A DNA stretch of 64,000 nt from an uncultured virus (IMG/VR IMGVR_UViG_3300025853_000066). Its lineage: Duplodnaviria > Heunggongvirae > Uroviricota > Caudoviricetes. The stretch lies in IMG/VR virus record IMGVR_UViG_3300025853_000066; one strand, given 5' to 3'. Below, one piece after another: positions 1 through 8,847 of this stretch. The notes below the pieces were generated by a model. The model was not told the origin of the DNA, made no database searches, and was given only the letters and a program-made list of their open reading frames with translations. Numbering within the stretch: position 1 is the stretch's first letter; every line of letters begins with the position of its first letter. The translations under genes were made by a program, and so were the position numbers.

Positions 1-2
1 TA

Positions 3-152
3 CTATCTGAAACAGATTACCTAGCCTTGTCTGACCAAACCATGAGTGCAGAGATGACGACTTATAGACAAGCATTAAGAGATATTACTAACGGATTAAC
101 CACAGTCGCAGATATTGAAGCTGTGGTATTCCCAGAGAAACCAGAGGTATAA
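3..152 (+). CDS. C-terminal fragment of a phage tail (fibre) assembly chaperone-like protein
   Basis: Frame 3 reads LSETDYLALSDQTMSAEMTTYRQALRDITNGLTTVADIEAVVFPEKPEV*. The L..TD....D....YRQALRDI....P.KP pattern is typical of tail assembly chaperones. Truncated by window start. Confidence 0.7.
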   Translation, partial: LSETDYLALSDQTMSAEMTTYRQALRDITNGLTTVADIEAVVFPEKPEV

Positions 153-153
153 A

Positions 154-609
154 ATGCCCTACATCGGACAAGAACCTTTAACAGGACAATATATTATCTT
201 AGATGATATATCTTCAAGCTTTGACGGAAGCACCGTTACTTTTAATTTAACCAATGGCACGGAGCCTGTGTATCCTCAAACAGAGCAAAATCTAATTGTG
301 AGTATTTCAGGTATTTATCAATACCCTCGAGATGCTTATATGATCTCTTCTAATCAAATTACCTTTACGTCCGCTCCACTGGCCACGGACACCTTTTCAG
401 GAGTCGTGCTCGGAGATGTCTTATCAATCGGTAGTCCAACCGATAATTCTGTTACTTCCGAATCTCTAGGATCACAGTTTTATACAATAAATCGACAATC
501 CGTGGTGAACGTAACCGTAGAGGCTGATGAGAATGGTATGGTCGCAGGACCTTTTTCAGTAACAGGAACAATTACAATTGAAAGTGGCGCCACTTTCGTT
601 ATATTATAA
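154..609 (+). CDS. tail-associated adaptor/structural protein (MPYIG-type)
   Basis: ATG at 154 directly follows the upstream stop (the ORF-track start at 115 overlaps the previous gene). Beta-rich; paralogous to 60389 and repeated at 63789. Confidence 0.6.
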   Translation: MPYIGQEPLTGQYIILDDISSSFDGSTVTFNLTNGTEPVYPQTEQNLIVSISGIYQYPRDAYMISSNQITFTSAPLATDTFSGVVLGDVLSIGSPTDNSVTSESLGSQFYTINRQSVVNVTVEADENGMVAGPFSVTGTITIESGATFVIL

Positions 610-615
610 GCAACC

Positions 616-1002
616 ATGAGTATCCTTAAAGTTGATTCAATGCAGTGTGTTTCGACCGACACATCGATTAGTATGAATAATGCTGTCTATTTTCCCACAG
701 GCACCTTAACTGATGGTGCTACGATCAATTGGAATGTCTTTGATAATCCAACCTGTCAAGTAACTTTGGGAGGGAATCGTACTTTAGCAGCACCGACTAA
801 TATGGTGGACGGTGGTTTTTATTCTATTTTGATTATTCAAGATGGCACCGGTTCACGGACCCTGACGTTCAATTCTGTCTACAAGTTCAACGGAGCAACG
901 GCTCCTACGTTGACAACCACAGCAGGGGGAAAAGATTTATTAATTTTTAGAAGTGATGGTACGAATATGCTCGAAGCAGGAAGAAGTATAGGAATCGCCT
1001 AA
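616..1002 (+). CDS. tail fibre-associated protein
   Basis: C-terminal TLTDGATINW..VTLGGNRTLAAPTN..IIQDGTGSRTL domain is common in phage tail proteins; tail-module context. Confidence 0.6.
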   Translation: MSILKVDSMQCVSTDTSISMNNAVYFPTGTLTDGATINWNVFDNPTCQVTLGGNRTLAAPTNMVDGGFYSILIIQDGTGSRTLTFNSVYKFNGATAPTLTTTAGGKDLLIFRSDGTNMLEAGRSIGIA

Positions 1003-1610
1003 TGTTTGCTTTAGTAGAAAATAATCAGTTTATTAAAATCGTCAATTCCAATAAAGGAATTACGATTGGTGAGAATCAATATCCCAAATCTATTTTTACT
1101 TTATGGAGTAACAATGAAAGAGAAGCGATCGGTATCTACGAGGTACAGGTGGATAACACCAACAAAAAAGACGAAGCCTATTACATTAATACAAATATTT
1201 CTTATAGCTTTAGCAACGGTGCTGTTGTGGGAGTGTATGGAACAGCTACTCCTAAACCTTTAGATGATGTTCTCTTTGTTGAAGGTGATGAAATACCAGA
1301 TGACAAAGCAGTCGGTGATGTCAAACAATACGGATTAAAAGGAATAGAGATTGCCAAGATTAAAGCACAAGCAGGTGGACTACTTGCACCGACCGATTGG
1401 CATGTAGTTAAAGCAACTGAGGTTGCTAGTTATTCTGTTCCCACAGACATCGCTACCTATCGAGCTAATGTTCGATCAAAGTCTAATGAAATGGAAACAC
1501 AGATTAATGCTTGTACGACTGTTGATGAATTGAAAGCATTGTACGAATATACCGAACAAGAAAACGGAACCTTTACCCGACCCTTAGCCGAGTTCCCCGA
1601 GGGGTTATAA
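1002..1610 (+). CDS. tail fibre assembly/chaperone-like protein
   Basis: C-terminal LLAPTDWHVVK..YRANVR chaperone-like motif; adjacent to a fibre gene. Confidence 0.55.
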   Translation: MFALVENNQFIKIVNSNKGITIGENQYPKSIFTLWSNNEREAIGIYEVQVDNTNKKDEAYYINTNISYSFSNGAVVGVYGTATPKPLDDVLFVEGDEIPDDKAVGDVKQYGLKGIEIAKIKAQAGGLLAPTDWHVVKATEVASYSVPTDIATYRANVRSKSNEMETQINACTTVDELKALYEYTEQENGTFTRPLAEFPEGL

Positions 1611-1611
1611 C

Positions 1612-3990
1612 ATGCCTTTCGCAGGAGTAGGCGGAACATCGGTTAGAGATAGTCAATATCTCATTGATAATTCCCTCAGATTTAATGATGATGATAGTCC
1701 TTCATTAACTAGAACACCTAGTACATCAAATAGAAAAACTTTTACTATTAGTCTTTGGGTTAAAAGAGGGAATTTAGGAGCATCATCTGAATTTAAATTT
1801 TTTGGAACTGGAACAAGTGGTACTGAATCTGCTCTTAATTTTATTAATGATACATTAAGATTTTATCAGTATACTGGTGGTGGTTTTGATTTAAATTTAA
1901 CAACTAACAGATTATTTAGAGATACTTCTGCATTTTACCATATCCAAATATCCGTAGATACTAGTCAAGCAACATCTTCTAATAGATTAAAATTATATGT
2001 AAATGGCATACAAGAAACATCATTTAGTTCAGAAACATATCCTTCTTTAAATTTTGATACTTTATTTAATTATAGTTCATCAACTAATATTATAAGCAAT
2101 ATGGGCGGACAATCGGTTTATTTTGACGGATACATGGCAGAAGTCCATTTCATAGACGGACAAGCATTATCCCCTACTGACTTCGGTGAATTTGATGAAG
2201 ATAGTGGTATATGGAAACCGATTAGATACTCTGGTAGCTATGGCACGAATGGTTTTTATTTAGATTTTGAAAACAGTGGTAGTTTAGGTGCTGACCAATC
2301 GGGTAATGGTAATAACTTTACTCCTACGAATTTAGCATCGACTGACCAAATGATAGACACACCTACAAGAAATTTCTGTACTATGAATCCTTTAGACAGA
2401 TTAAATATTGGTGGTGCAAATTCAGAACAAGTCACATCTGAAGGAAATTTAAAAAGCACAGGAACAAGTAGTGAAGGTCGTTCTATTGGTAGTACCTTTG
2501 CGATTACTCCTAATGGTATTTCTAAAGCGTATGCCGAATGGTATTCAGTTTCAGGCAGTTCTTCTAAAGATTTATTCTATTCTAATAATATTAATGGATA
2601 TATAGCTAATGATGATGCTACTGCAGGAAATATTGTAATGATAGCAGTGGATTGTGTTGCAGGTAAATATTGGTTTGGTAATAACGGAACTTGGGATGCT
2701 AGTGGTGACCCTGCTAATGGAACAAATCCAACAGGAACTTTTACTGCAAATTCAGAAGTCCAATTTGGTCATAGATGTTATGATTCAAGTAGGTCACAAG
2801 TAGTTAATTTTGGTCAAGATAGCACTTTTGCAGGTAATACAACTAGACAAAATAATACAGATTCTAATGGTGAGGGTGACTTTTATTATGCTCCACCAAC
2901 AGGGTTTTTAAGTTTAAACAGTTTAAATTTAAGTACACAAGCATCCCCTACGATTGATGATGGGAGTCAGTATTTTAATACTGTTTTATATAGTGGTAAT
3001 GGAACTGATAATCATGCAATTACAGGTGCAGGGTTTCAACCAGATTTAGTATGGGCAAAAATGAGAAGTGCTGCTGAGTGGCATTTTTGGGTAGATTCCA
3101 ATAGAGGTGCAAATAAAGCAGTTTGGTCAAATGCAACTAATGCTGAATATGATTATTCTGGTGACGTTGCTCAAATAATTAAATCATTTGATTCAGACGG
3201 ATTTACTTTAGGAACTTCAAATGCAGTAAATAATCCTTCACAAACATTTGCATCATGGAATTGGTTAGCCAATGGTGGTACGACATCATCTAACACAGAC
3301 GGAACTATCACCTCAACAGTTCAAGCAAATCCTACTGCAGGATTTTCTATAGTCACTTATACAGGAACACAAGCAAACGCAACTGTTGGACATGGATTAG
3401 GTGTTGCACCAAAATTTATTATTACGAAATGTAGAAGTGCTTCAAATGGATGGCCAGTTTATCATTATTCTTTATCAGCAACTGATTTTGTAAGATTAAA
3501 TCAAACATCAGCAACTGCAACTAATTCTGTTGTATGGAATAATACAGAGCCAACTAGCACTGTATTTTCAATAGGTGCAAATGATGAAAATAATAAATCA
3601 GGTGCAGACCAACTTGCCTACTGTTTCGCAGAAATAGAAGGATATAGCAAGTTCGGTAGCTATACAGGGAATGGAAGTACAGACGGAACATTCGTCTATA
3701 CTGGGTTTAGACCTGCTTTTGTTATATGGAAAAACACAAATAATGGAAGTACTAATTGGGTTATGAGAGATAATACAAGAAATACATTCAATCCTGTTGA
3801 AGCATCTTTAGAGCCAAATAATTCAAGTGCTGAATATAACAAATCAAATGGAAGTGATTTTTTATCTAACGGATTTAAAATAAGAAATGTAGATACAGGA
3901 ACAAATGGTAGTGGAAATACAATAATTTACATGGCATTTGCAGAATCACCCTTTGTCACATCAACAGGAATACCAGTGGTAGCAAGATAA
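1612..3990 (+). CDS. tail fibre / receptor-binding protein with concanavalin-A/LamG-like domain
   Basis: SLRFN..TFTISLWVKRG..YFDGYMAEVHFIDG LamG-like segment followed by repeated YTG-G beta domains; 792 aa, S/T/G/N-rich. Confidence 0.75.
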   Translation: MPFAGVGGTSVRDSQYLIDNSLRFNDDDSPSLTRTPSTSNRKTFTISLWVKRGNLGASSEFKFFGTGTSGTESALNFINDTLRFYQYTGGGFDLNLTTNRLFRDTSAFYHIQISVDTSQATSSNRLKLYVNGIQETSFSSETYPSLNFDTLFNYSSSTNIISNMGGQSVYFDGYMAEVHFIDGQALSPTDFGEFDEDSGIWKPIRYSGSYGTNGFYLDFENSGSLGADQSGNGNNFTPTNLASTDQMIDTPTRNFCTMNPLDRLNIGGANSEQVTSEGNLKSTGTSSEGRSIGSTFAITPNGISKAYAEWYSVSGSSSKDLFYSNNINGYIANDDATAGNIVMIAVDCVAGKYWFGNNGTWDASGDPANGTNPTGTFTANSEVQFGHRCYDSSRSQVVNFGQDSTFAGNTTRQNNTDSNGEGDFYYAPPTGFLSLNSLNLSTQASPTIDDGSQYFNTVLYSGNGTDNHAITGAGFQPDLVWAKMRSAAEWHFWVDSNRGANKAVWSNATNAEYDYSGDVAQIIKSFDSDGFTLGTSNAVNNPSQTFASWNWLANGGTTSSNTDGTITSTVQANPTAGFSIVTYTGTQANATVGHGLGVAPKFIITKCRSASNGWPVYHYSLSATDFVRLNQTSATATNSVVWNNTEPTSTVFSIGANDENNKSGADQLAYCFAEIEGYSKFGSYTGNGSTDGTFVYTGFRPAFVIWKNTNNGSTNWVMRDNTRNTFNPVEASLEPNNSSAEYNKSNGSDFLSNGFKIRNVDTGTNGSGNTIIYMAFAESPFVTSTGIPVVAR

Positions 3991-4025
3991 TGAAAAATAG
4001 TGTAAAAAATATAAAGGAGTAAAAC

Positions 4026-4361
4026 ATGGCACAATTAAGTACAAAAATTAAGAAGTATCTAGCTGATAATGGCGTGAGTTCGGTCGATTTCACGACTGAC
4101 GTCTTATTACAAGATGACTCGAACGGTCAAGGTCCCTACATTAAAGAGTGGAACATTGACGGTGTTGCCAAGCCTACGACTGATCAACTCAATGCTTTCG
4201 AAGCGGCAGCATCTGTAGAAGAGACCAATGCTCAAGTAATTTCTACTCGAGTATCTCTTTACGGTGGACCTGCTAAACAATTGGAGAACATTATTGAAAA
4301 TGGACTTCAGGCGGAAATAGACAGAGTGGCACAGATCAAGGCTGACAACCCAAAGATATAG
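4026..4361 (+). CDS. XkdW-like tail fibre accessory protein
   Basis: DVLLQDDSNGQGPYIKEWN..KPT motif; AAGGAG RBS. Confidence 0.55.
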   Translation: MAQLSTKIKKYLADNGVSSVDFTTDVLLQDDSNGQGPYIKEWNIDGVAKPTTDQLNAFEAAASVEETNAQVISTRVSLYGGPAKQLENIIENGLQAEIDRVAQIKADNPKI

Positions 4362-4370
4362 GAGTAATCA

Positions 4371-4922
4371 TTGTCCACGATCAAGGTAAATAATATTCAA
4401 TCTCGTACAGGTAATGCGGTCAGCTTTACCTCAGGGGATAGTGTTACTTTTCCTTCAGGTATTAATTTAGGTGTTACTTCTCCAAGTGCCTCTAATTTAT
4501 TAGATGATTACGAAGAGGGTACTTTTACTCCAACTCTTGAAGCAAGTAATGGTGATTCAAGTGTGACTTATACCCAGCAACATGGTTTTTACACAAAGGT
4601 GGGTAATTTAGTTTCTATATCAATTAGATTGTCTGCTTCAGCATCCTCAGATGGAACAGGAACTTTTATTGAAATAGGAGGACTTCCTTTTGAATATTCT
4701 GGAAATAGATGCGCAATGTCCTTGGGAGCAATAAATGATTGTAATGTTTTAGCTCAAGACGCCACTGCTCATGGTTTAGGTGTTATAATGTTAAGTGCTC
4801 AATCAACTATAAAACTTGTTTATTATAGATTGGGAACTGGAAATGGAAACTATGTAGCTCCAGCAACTGCAGGGCTACCTTCTTATATAGTTTTAGGTGG
4901 AACATATCAAACAACAACATAG
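4371..4922 (+). CDS. tail fibre-like protein
   Basis: LDDYEEGTFTP..YTKVGNLV motif typical of short phage tail fibre proteins; TTG start with GGAG RBS. Confidence 0.6.
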   Translation: MSTIKVNNIQSRTGNAVSFTSGDSVTFPSGINLGVTSPSASNLLDDYEEGTFTPTLEASNGDSSVTYTQQHGFYTKVGNLVSISIRLSASASSDGTGTFIEIGGLPFEYSGNRCAMSLGAINDCNVLAQDATAHGLGVIMLSAQSTIKLVYYRLGTGNGNYVAPATAGLPSYIVLGGTYQTTT

Positions 4923-4932
4923 GAACAAAACA

Positions 4933-5190
4933 ATGACAATAACAAAAGAAACAACTATCACTAAAATTGAAGTCGTAGGTGAATACAAGGCTGTTCAAGT
5001 TGCCACTGATACAATTTTAAAAGAAAATGGTGTCGAAATATCAAGAACAAGACATCGCCATGTTCTTCACCCCCATCAAAATATTTCTAGTCAAGATCAA
5101 AAAGTTCAGGCAATATGTAATGCCGCATGGACACAAGATGTTAAAGATGCTTGGGCTACTTTTAAAGCTGAACAAGAACAGGAGTTATAA
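4933..5190 (+). CDS. small tail fibre partner protein
   Basis: MTITKE..KIEVVGEYKAVQV..EISRTRHRHVL; usual partner of DDYEEG fibre genes. Start moved to the ATG at 4933 (AGGA RBS). Confidence 0.55.
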   Translation: MTITKETTITKIEVVGEYKAVQVATDTILKENGVEISRTRHRHVLHPHQNISSQDQKVQAICNAAWTQDVKDAWATFKAEQEQEL

Positions 5191-5194
5191 CTAG

Positions 5195-6298
5195 ATGGCC
5201 ATCACCCGTTTAGGACCGAACCAAGATATCACCGCTGCGAAGATTGCGGGTACGATCAATTTTAAGAATTTGATTATCAACGGGGATATGTCGATTGCAC
5301 AGAGGGGTACTTCACAAGCAAGTATATCTTCTGCTGGATATTACACAGTGGATAGATTTAGAACAACAATAAGTTCTTTAGGTACTTGGACACAATCTCA
5401 ATCAACTGATGTTCCTACAGGACAAGGTTTTGCTAACTCTTTAAAAATGGAATGTACAACGGCTGATGCTTCTCCTTCGGCTGCTGATTATTTAATTTTA
5501 TACCATTATGTTGAAGCACAAAATTGCCAACTTTTAAAATTTGGAACTTCTAATGCTGAAAGTTTAACTTTATCTTTTTGGGTTAAATCTAATAAAACAG
5601 GAATATTAAGTCAAAACATCAGACAAGTCGATGGGGGTAAATTTATAAATAACAGTTATACAATTAACTCTGCTAACACTTGGGAAAAGAAAACATTAAA
5701 TTTTGTAGGAAACACCACAGATATTATTGACAATGATAATGGAGCTGGTTTTCAAATAGAATGGTGGTTAGATAGTGGAAGTAATTATCGTGGTGGAACA
5801 CCTTCATCTTCTTGGCACACACAAGATAATACAGACAGAAACGCTGATAGCACAATCAGCCTAGCTGACACAATAGGAAATACTTGGTACATTACAGGCA
5901 TCCAACTCGAAGCAGATACATCCGCCTCGGATTTCGAATTTATACCTTATGATGTGAATTTACAGAGGTGTCAGAGGTATTATCAAATATTTGGTTCTAC
6001 TGCACCTACTTCGTGTAATATGACAAACGGAATGGCTTACTCTGCAAATTCAAGTGAAGTATTTTGTCCAACTATTTTACCAGTTGTAATGAGAACAGGT
6101 CCTAGCGTTACTCAAAATGGAACAATAGCCTATAGAACACCAAGCGGCACAACAAATGTAACATTAAATTCAACAGCGGTTTCAGAAAAAGAAGTCTTTA
6201 TGAATTTTTCTGGAAGTTTTACAAGTGGCGAGCCGGGTTATATAAGAAACCCAGATGGTTCATCAAGTAATTATTTAGAGGTAGATGCAGAATTATGA
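5195..6298 (+). CDS. tail fibre / carbohydrate-binding-like virion protein
   Basis: NLIINGDMSIAQRG..TLSFWVKS..ITGIQLE..LQRCQRYY pattern; paralogue of 62490. Confidence 0.7.
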   Translation: MAITRLGPNQDITAAKIAGTINFKNLIINGDMSIAQRGTSQASISSAGYYTVDRFRTTISSLGTWTQSQSTDVPTGQGFANSLKMECTTADASPSAADYLILYHYVEAQNCQLLKFGTSNAESLTLSFWVKSNKTGILSQNIRQVDGGKFINNSYTINSANTWEKKTLNFVGNTTDIIDNDNGAGFQIEWWLDSGSNYRGGTPSSSWHTQDNTDRNADSTISLADTIGNTWYITGIQLEADTSASDFEFIPYDVNLQRCQRYYQIFGSTAPTSCNMTNGMAYSANSSEVFCPTILPVVMRTGPSVTQNGTIAYRTPSGTTNVTLNSTAVSEKEVFMNFSGSFTSGEPGYIRNPDGSSSNYLEVDAEL

Positions 6299-6465
6299 TT
6301 AACAGTGTAGAAAAACAATATTTAGAAGGAGAGCATACTTCATATAAAGTAGTGCTAGATGATGGAAAAATACTTTTAGTTCCTCACAATGAAGCAAACC
6401 GACACTATCAAGAGATACTAGAATGGGTTGAAAACGGTGGCGTTATAGTAGATAATGGAGCGTAA
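6295..6465 (+). CDS. small tail fibre partner protein, 56 aa (not in ORF track)
   Basis: ATGA overlap with the upstream stop; MINSVEKQY..NRHYQEILEWVENGGVIVDNGA; paralogue of 63588. Confidence 0.75.
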   Translation: MINSVEKQYLEGEHTSYKVVLDDGKILLVPHNEANRHYQEILEWVENGGVIVDNGA

Positions 6466-6483
6466 TCCATTTAATATCTAATT

Positions 6484-7575
6484 ATGTATTTAGCTAGGTT
6501 ATCATTCGCTGAAGCACCTTTTTCAGCAGAAGGAGGTACTAGCGTTGCAGTTCTCGTTACAGGGCAAGAACTTACTCTTTCATTAAACAGCGTTACTGTA
6601 GCTGCATCTACAGTAATTAATCAAAACGGTCAAGAATTAACTTCTTCTTTAGGAAATGAAATAGTAGTAGGAAACGCTACTATAGTAATTACTGGTCAAG
6701 AATTAACTTCCTCTTTAAATAGCGTAGTTGTTACAGCAGGAGCAATAGCTATAATAACAGGAGAAGAACTAACTTCTTCTTTAGGAAATGAAACAGTTAT
6801 TACTAATGCGAATGTTTCTGTAACAGGAGAGGAAGCTACAACAGCATTATCAGACGAAGTTGTAGTCGGAGATGCGATTATTATTGAAACGGGTGAAGAA
6901 GCAACTATTTCTTTATCCAACGTTACTGTATTTACAGGAATAGTATTCTCTGTTACAGGGGTAGAAGCGACAACTACATTATCAGATGAAGTTGTCGTAG
7001 GAGATGCTGTCGTTATTGAAGAAGGGGTTGAAGCGACAGGAAATGTTTCTAGTGTTACAGTTGCGATAAATCAAGTATTTAGTGTTACAGGTGTTGAAGC
7101 CACAACCGCTCTTTCTGATGAAATAGTAATCGGAGATGCTGTTATTATTGAAACAGGAGAAGAAGCAACTTCAACTCTTTCAAATGTAACAGTAGTAGGA
7201 AGTGCGATAGTTTCTATTACGGGTGAAGAATTAACTACTAGTTTAGGAGAGGAAGCAGTAGTAGGAAACGCTGTTATTCCTGTTACAGGAGAAGAAGCAA
7301 CTAGTGCGTTAAATAGTGTTTCTGTAGTAATTAATACTTTTGCTACAGTGACAGGTCAAGAACTACAATTAATTCAAGGAAACGTTACAGTATCAACAGA
7401 ACAAATTCTTCCAATTTCTGGATTTTCTGCTAATATAAGTTTAGGTTCACCTATTATTTGGCAGGAAATACCAGGTGCTAATAATGTGTGGACTGATGTA
7501 GATACATCAGTTACCAGTAGTTGGTCTAATGTAGATACTTCAAGTACAAACACATGGACGGAGATAGCGGCATAA
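6484..7575 (+). CDS. acidic 22-aa-repeat (VTG-E) virion protein
   Basis: About 14 repeats of consensus (V/I/E)TG(E/Q/V)E(A/L)T(S/T).L..(E/V).V.G.A.I.; Trp-spaced C-terminus. Confidence 0.6.
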   Translation: MYLARLSFAEAPFSAEGGTSVAVLVTGQELTLSLNSVTVAASTVINQNGQELTSSLGNEIVVGNATIVITGQELTSSLNSVVVTAGAIAIITGEELTSSLGNETVITNANVSVTGEEATTALSDEVVVGDAIIIETGEEATISLSNVTVFTGIVFSVTGVEATTTLSDEVVVGDAVVIEEGVEATGNVSSVTVAINQVFSVTGVEATTALSDEIVIGDAVIIETGEEATSTLSNVTVVGSAIVSITGEELTTSLGEEAVVGNAVIPVTGEEATSALNSVSVVINTFATVTGQELQLIQGNVTVSTEQILPISGFSANISLGSPIIWQEIPGANNVWTDVDTSVTSSWSNVDTSSTNTWTEIAA

Positions 7576-7576
7576 A

Positions 7577-8566
7577 ATGGCATCAACATATTCAGATCGA
7601 TTAAAATTAGAACTTATGGAAGCTGGCGCAAACGCTGGTATTTGGGGAAATAATACAAATGATAATCTTCAAGTTATTGACGCCGCTGTAGGAGGCTATC
7701 TTACTAAAAATGTTTCTGGTAGCACGAACGTTACTTTAAGTCAAGCGAATCGAGACCCTGATGTTGAAACGACTAATGAAGCTGCCAATAAAGTTATTGA
7801 ATTTACAGGAACACTAACAGGGAATATTTATGTCTACGTTCCTGCTGTAGAAAAAGAATACATCTTTCATAATAATACTTCCGGTAGTTATACTTTAACA
7901 GTTGCTCCTACAGGTCATACAGCAAATGGAGTTGCAGTAAGTCAAGGTGCGCATACGATTATGTATAATAAAAACGGAAACGAAATGGTCGATCTTTTCG
8001 CTAATTCGTTAGGAACGTTAAGTGCTGATACGATTAATGCGACTACTTATACAGGTGATGGATCATCTTTAACGGGGATTCAACCGTTTCCTTCTGGAAC
8101 GAAAATGTTATTTCAACAAACAGCGGCACCAACTGGTTGGACGAAAGATACGACACATAATAATAAAGCGTTACGTGTCGTGACAGGAACAGCAAGTTCG
8201 GGTGGTAGTAATACTTTTTCAGGAGCGTTTAATACAGCTCAAACTGTCAGTGGTACATCAGGAGGTACTTCCGTAACTATTACAGGAAGCACTGCAGGTC
8301 ACGTTCTAACGCAAGCTCAACTTCCTAGCTATACTTTAACACCTTCTCAAAGAGCGAAAACGGAAGATAAAGGAACACTAAATAGAGGATCTTCCTCAGG
8401 TGGTGGTGCGAGTTATGAATATTTAGATATTCCTTCTGGTGGTTCTGATCAAGCGCACAGTCACGGCGTTGGTACTTTAGCTGGTAGTTCTCACACTCAC
8501 TCATTCAGTGATGATTTTAATTTAGACGTTCAATATGTCGATTTAATTATCGCTTCGAAAGATTAA
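7577..8566 (+). CDS. tail fibre protein with collar-like domain
   Basis: MASTYS..LELM..G.WG anchor; FPSGTKMLFQQTAAPTGWTK collar-like segment; H-x-H motifs. Confidence 0.65.
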   Translation: MASTYSDRLKLELMEAGANAGIWGNNTNDNLQVIDAAVGGYLTKNVSGSTNVTLSQANRDPDVETTNEAANKVIEFTGTLTGNIYVYVPAVEKEYIFHNNTSGSYTLTVAPTGHTANGVAVSQGAHTIMYNKNGNEMVDLFANSLGTLSADTINATTYTGDGSSLTGIQPFPSGTKMLFQQTAAPTGWTKDTTHNNKALRVVTGTASSGGSNTFSGAFNTAQTVSGTSGGTSVTITGSTAGHVLTQAQLPSYTLTPSQRAKTEDKGTLNRGSSSGGGASYEYLDIPSGGSDQAHSHGVGTLAGSSHTHSFSDDFNLDVQYVDLIIASKD

Positions 8567-8568
8567 CA

Positions 8569-8847
8569 TTGAAAATTGAAGTTAAAGATAACTGTCCTCT
8601 TAATAACTTTAAACCTTGTAAAAAGTTTGACTGTGCTTGGTTTATTCAAATAAGAGGAACGCATCCTCAAACGGGTGAAGAATTAGATGAATACGGTTGT
8701 GCGATGGCGATGATGCCTTTACTTATGATTGAAAATTCTCGACAAACAAATCAAGCAGGGGCCGCTATTGAAAGCTTTCGAAATGAAATGGTGAAAGCTA
8801 ATTTAGTAACAACCGCTAAATTATTAAATAAGAAAGATGCTGAATAA
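8569..8847 (+). CDS. conserved Cys-containing tail-fibre partner protein
   Basis: CPL..C..CAWF..RG..P.TGE..GCA motif immediately downstream of the collar-domain fibre. Confidence 0.5.
   Translation: MKIEVKDNCPLNNFKPCKKFDCAWFIQIRGTHPQTGEELDEYGCAMAMMPLLMIENSRQTNQAGAAIESFRNEMVKANLVTTAKLLNKKDAE

Noticed and set aside
115..153. ORF-track N-terminal extension of the first gene (likewise starts at 4897, 21961, 37787, 38197, 49587, 56492)
   Set aside because: These extensions overlap upstream genes or lack an RBS; downstream starts have an RBS or translational coupling.
5195..6298. Diversity-generating retroelement acting on the tail fibre paralogues
   Set aside because: No reverse transcriptase ORF, and no ~100-bp template/variable repeat pair differing only at adenines.
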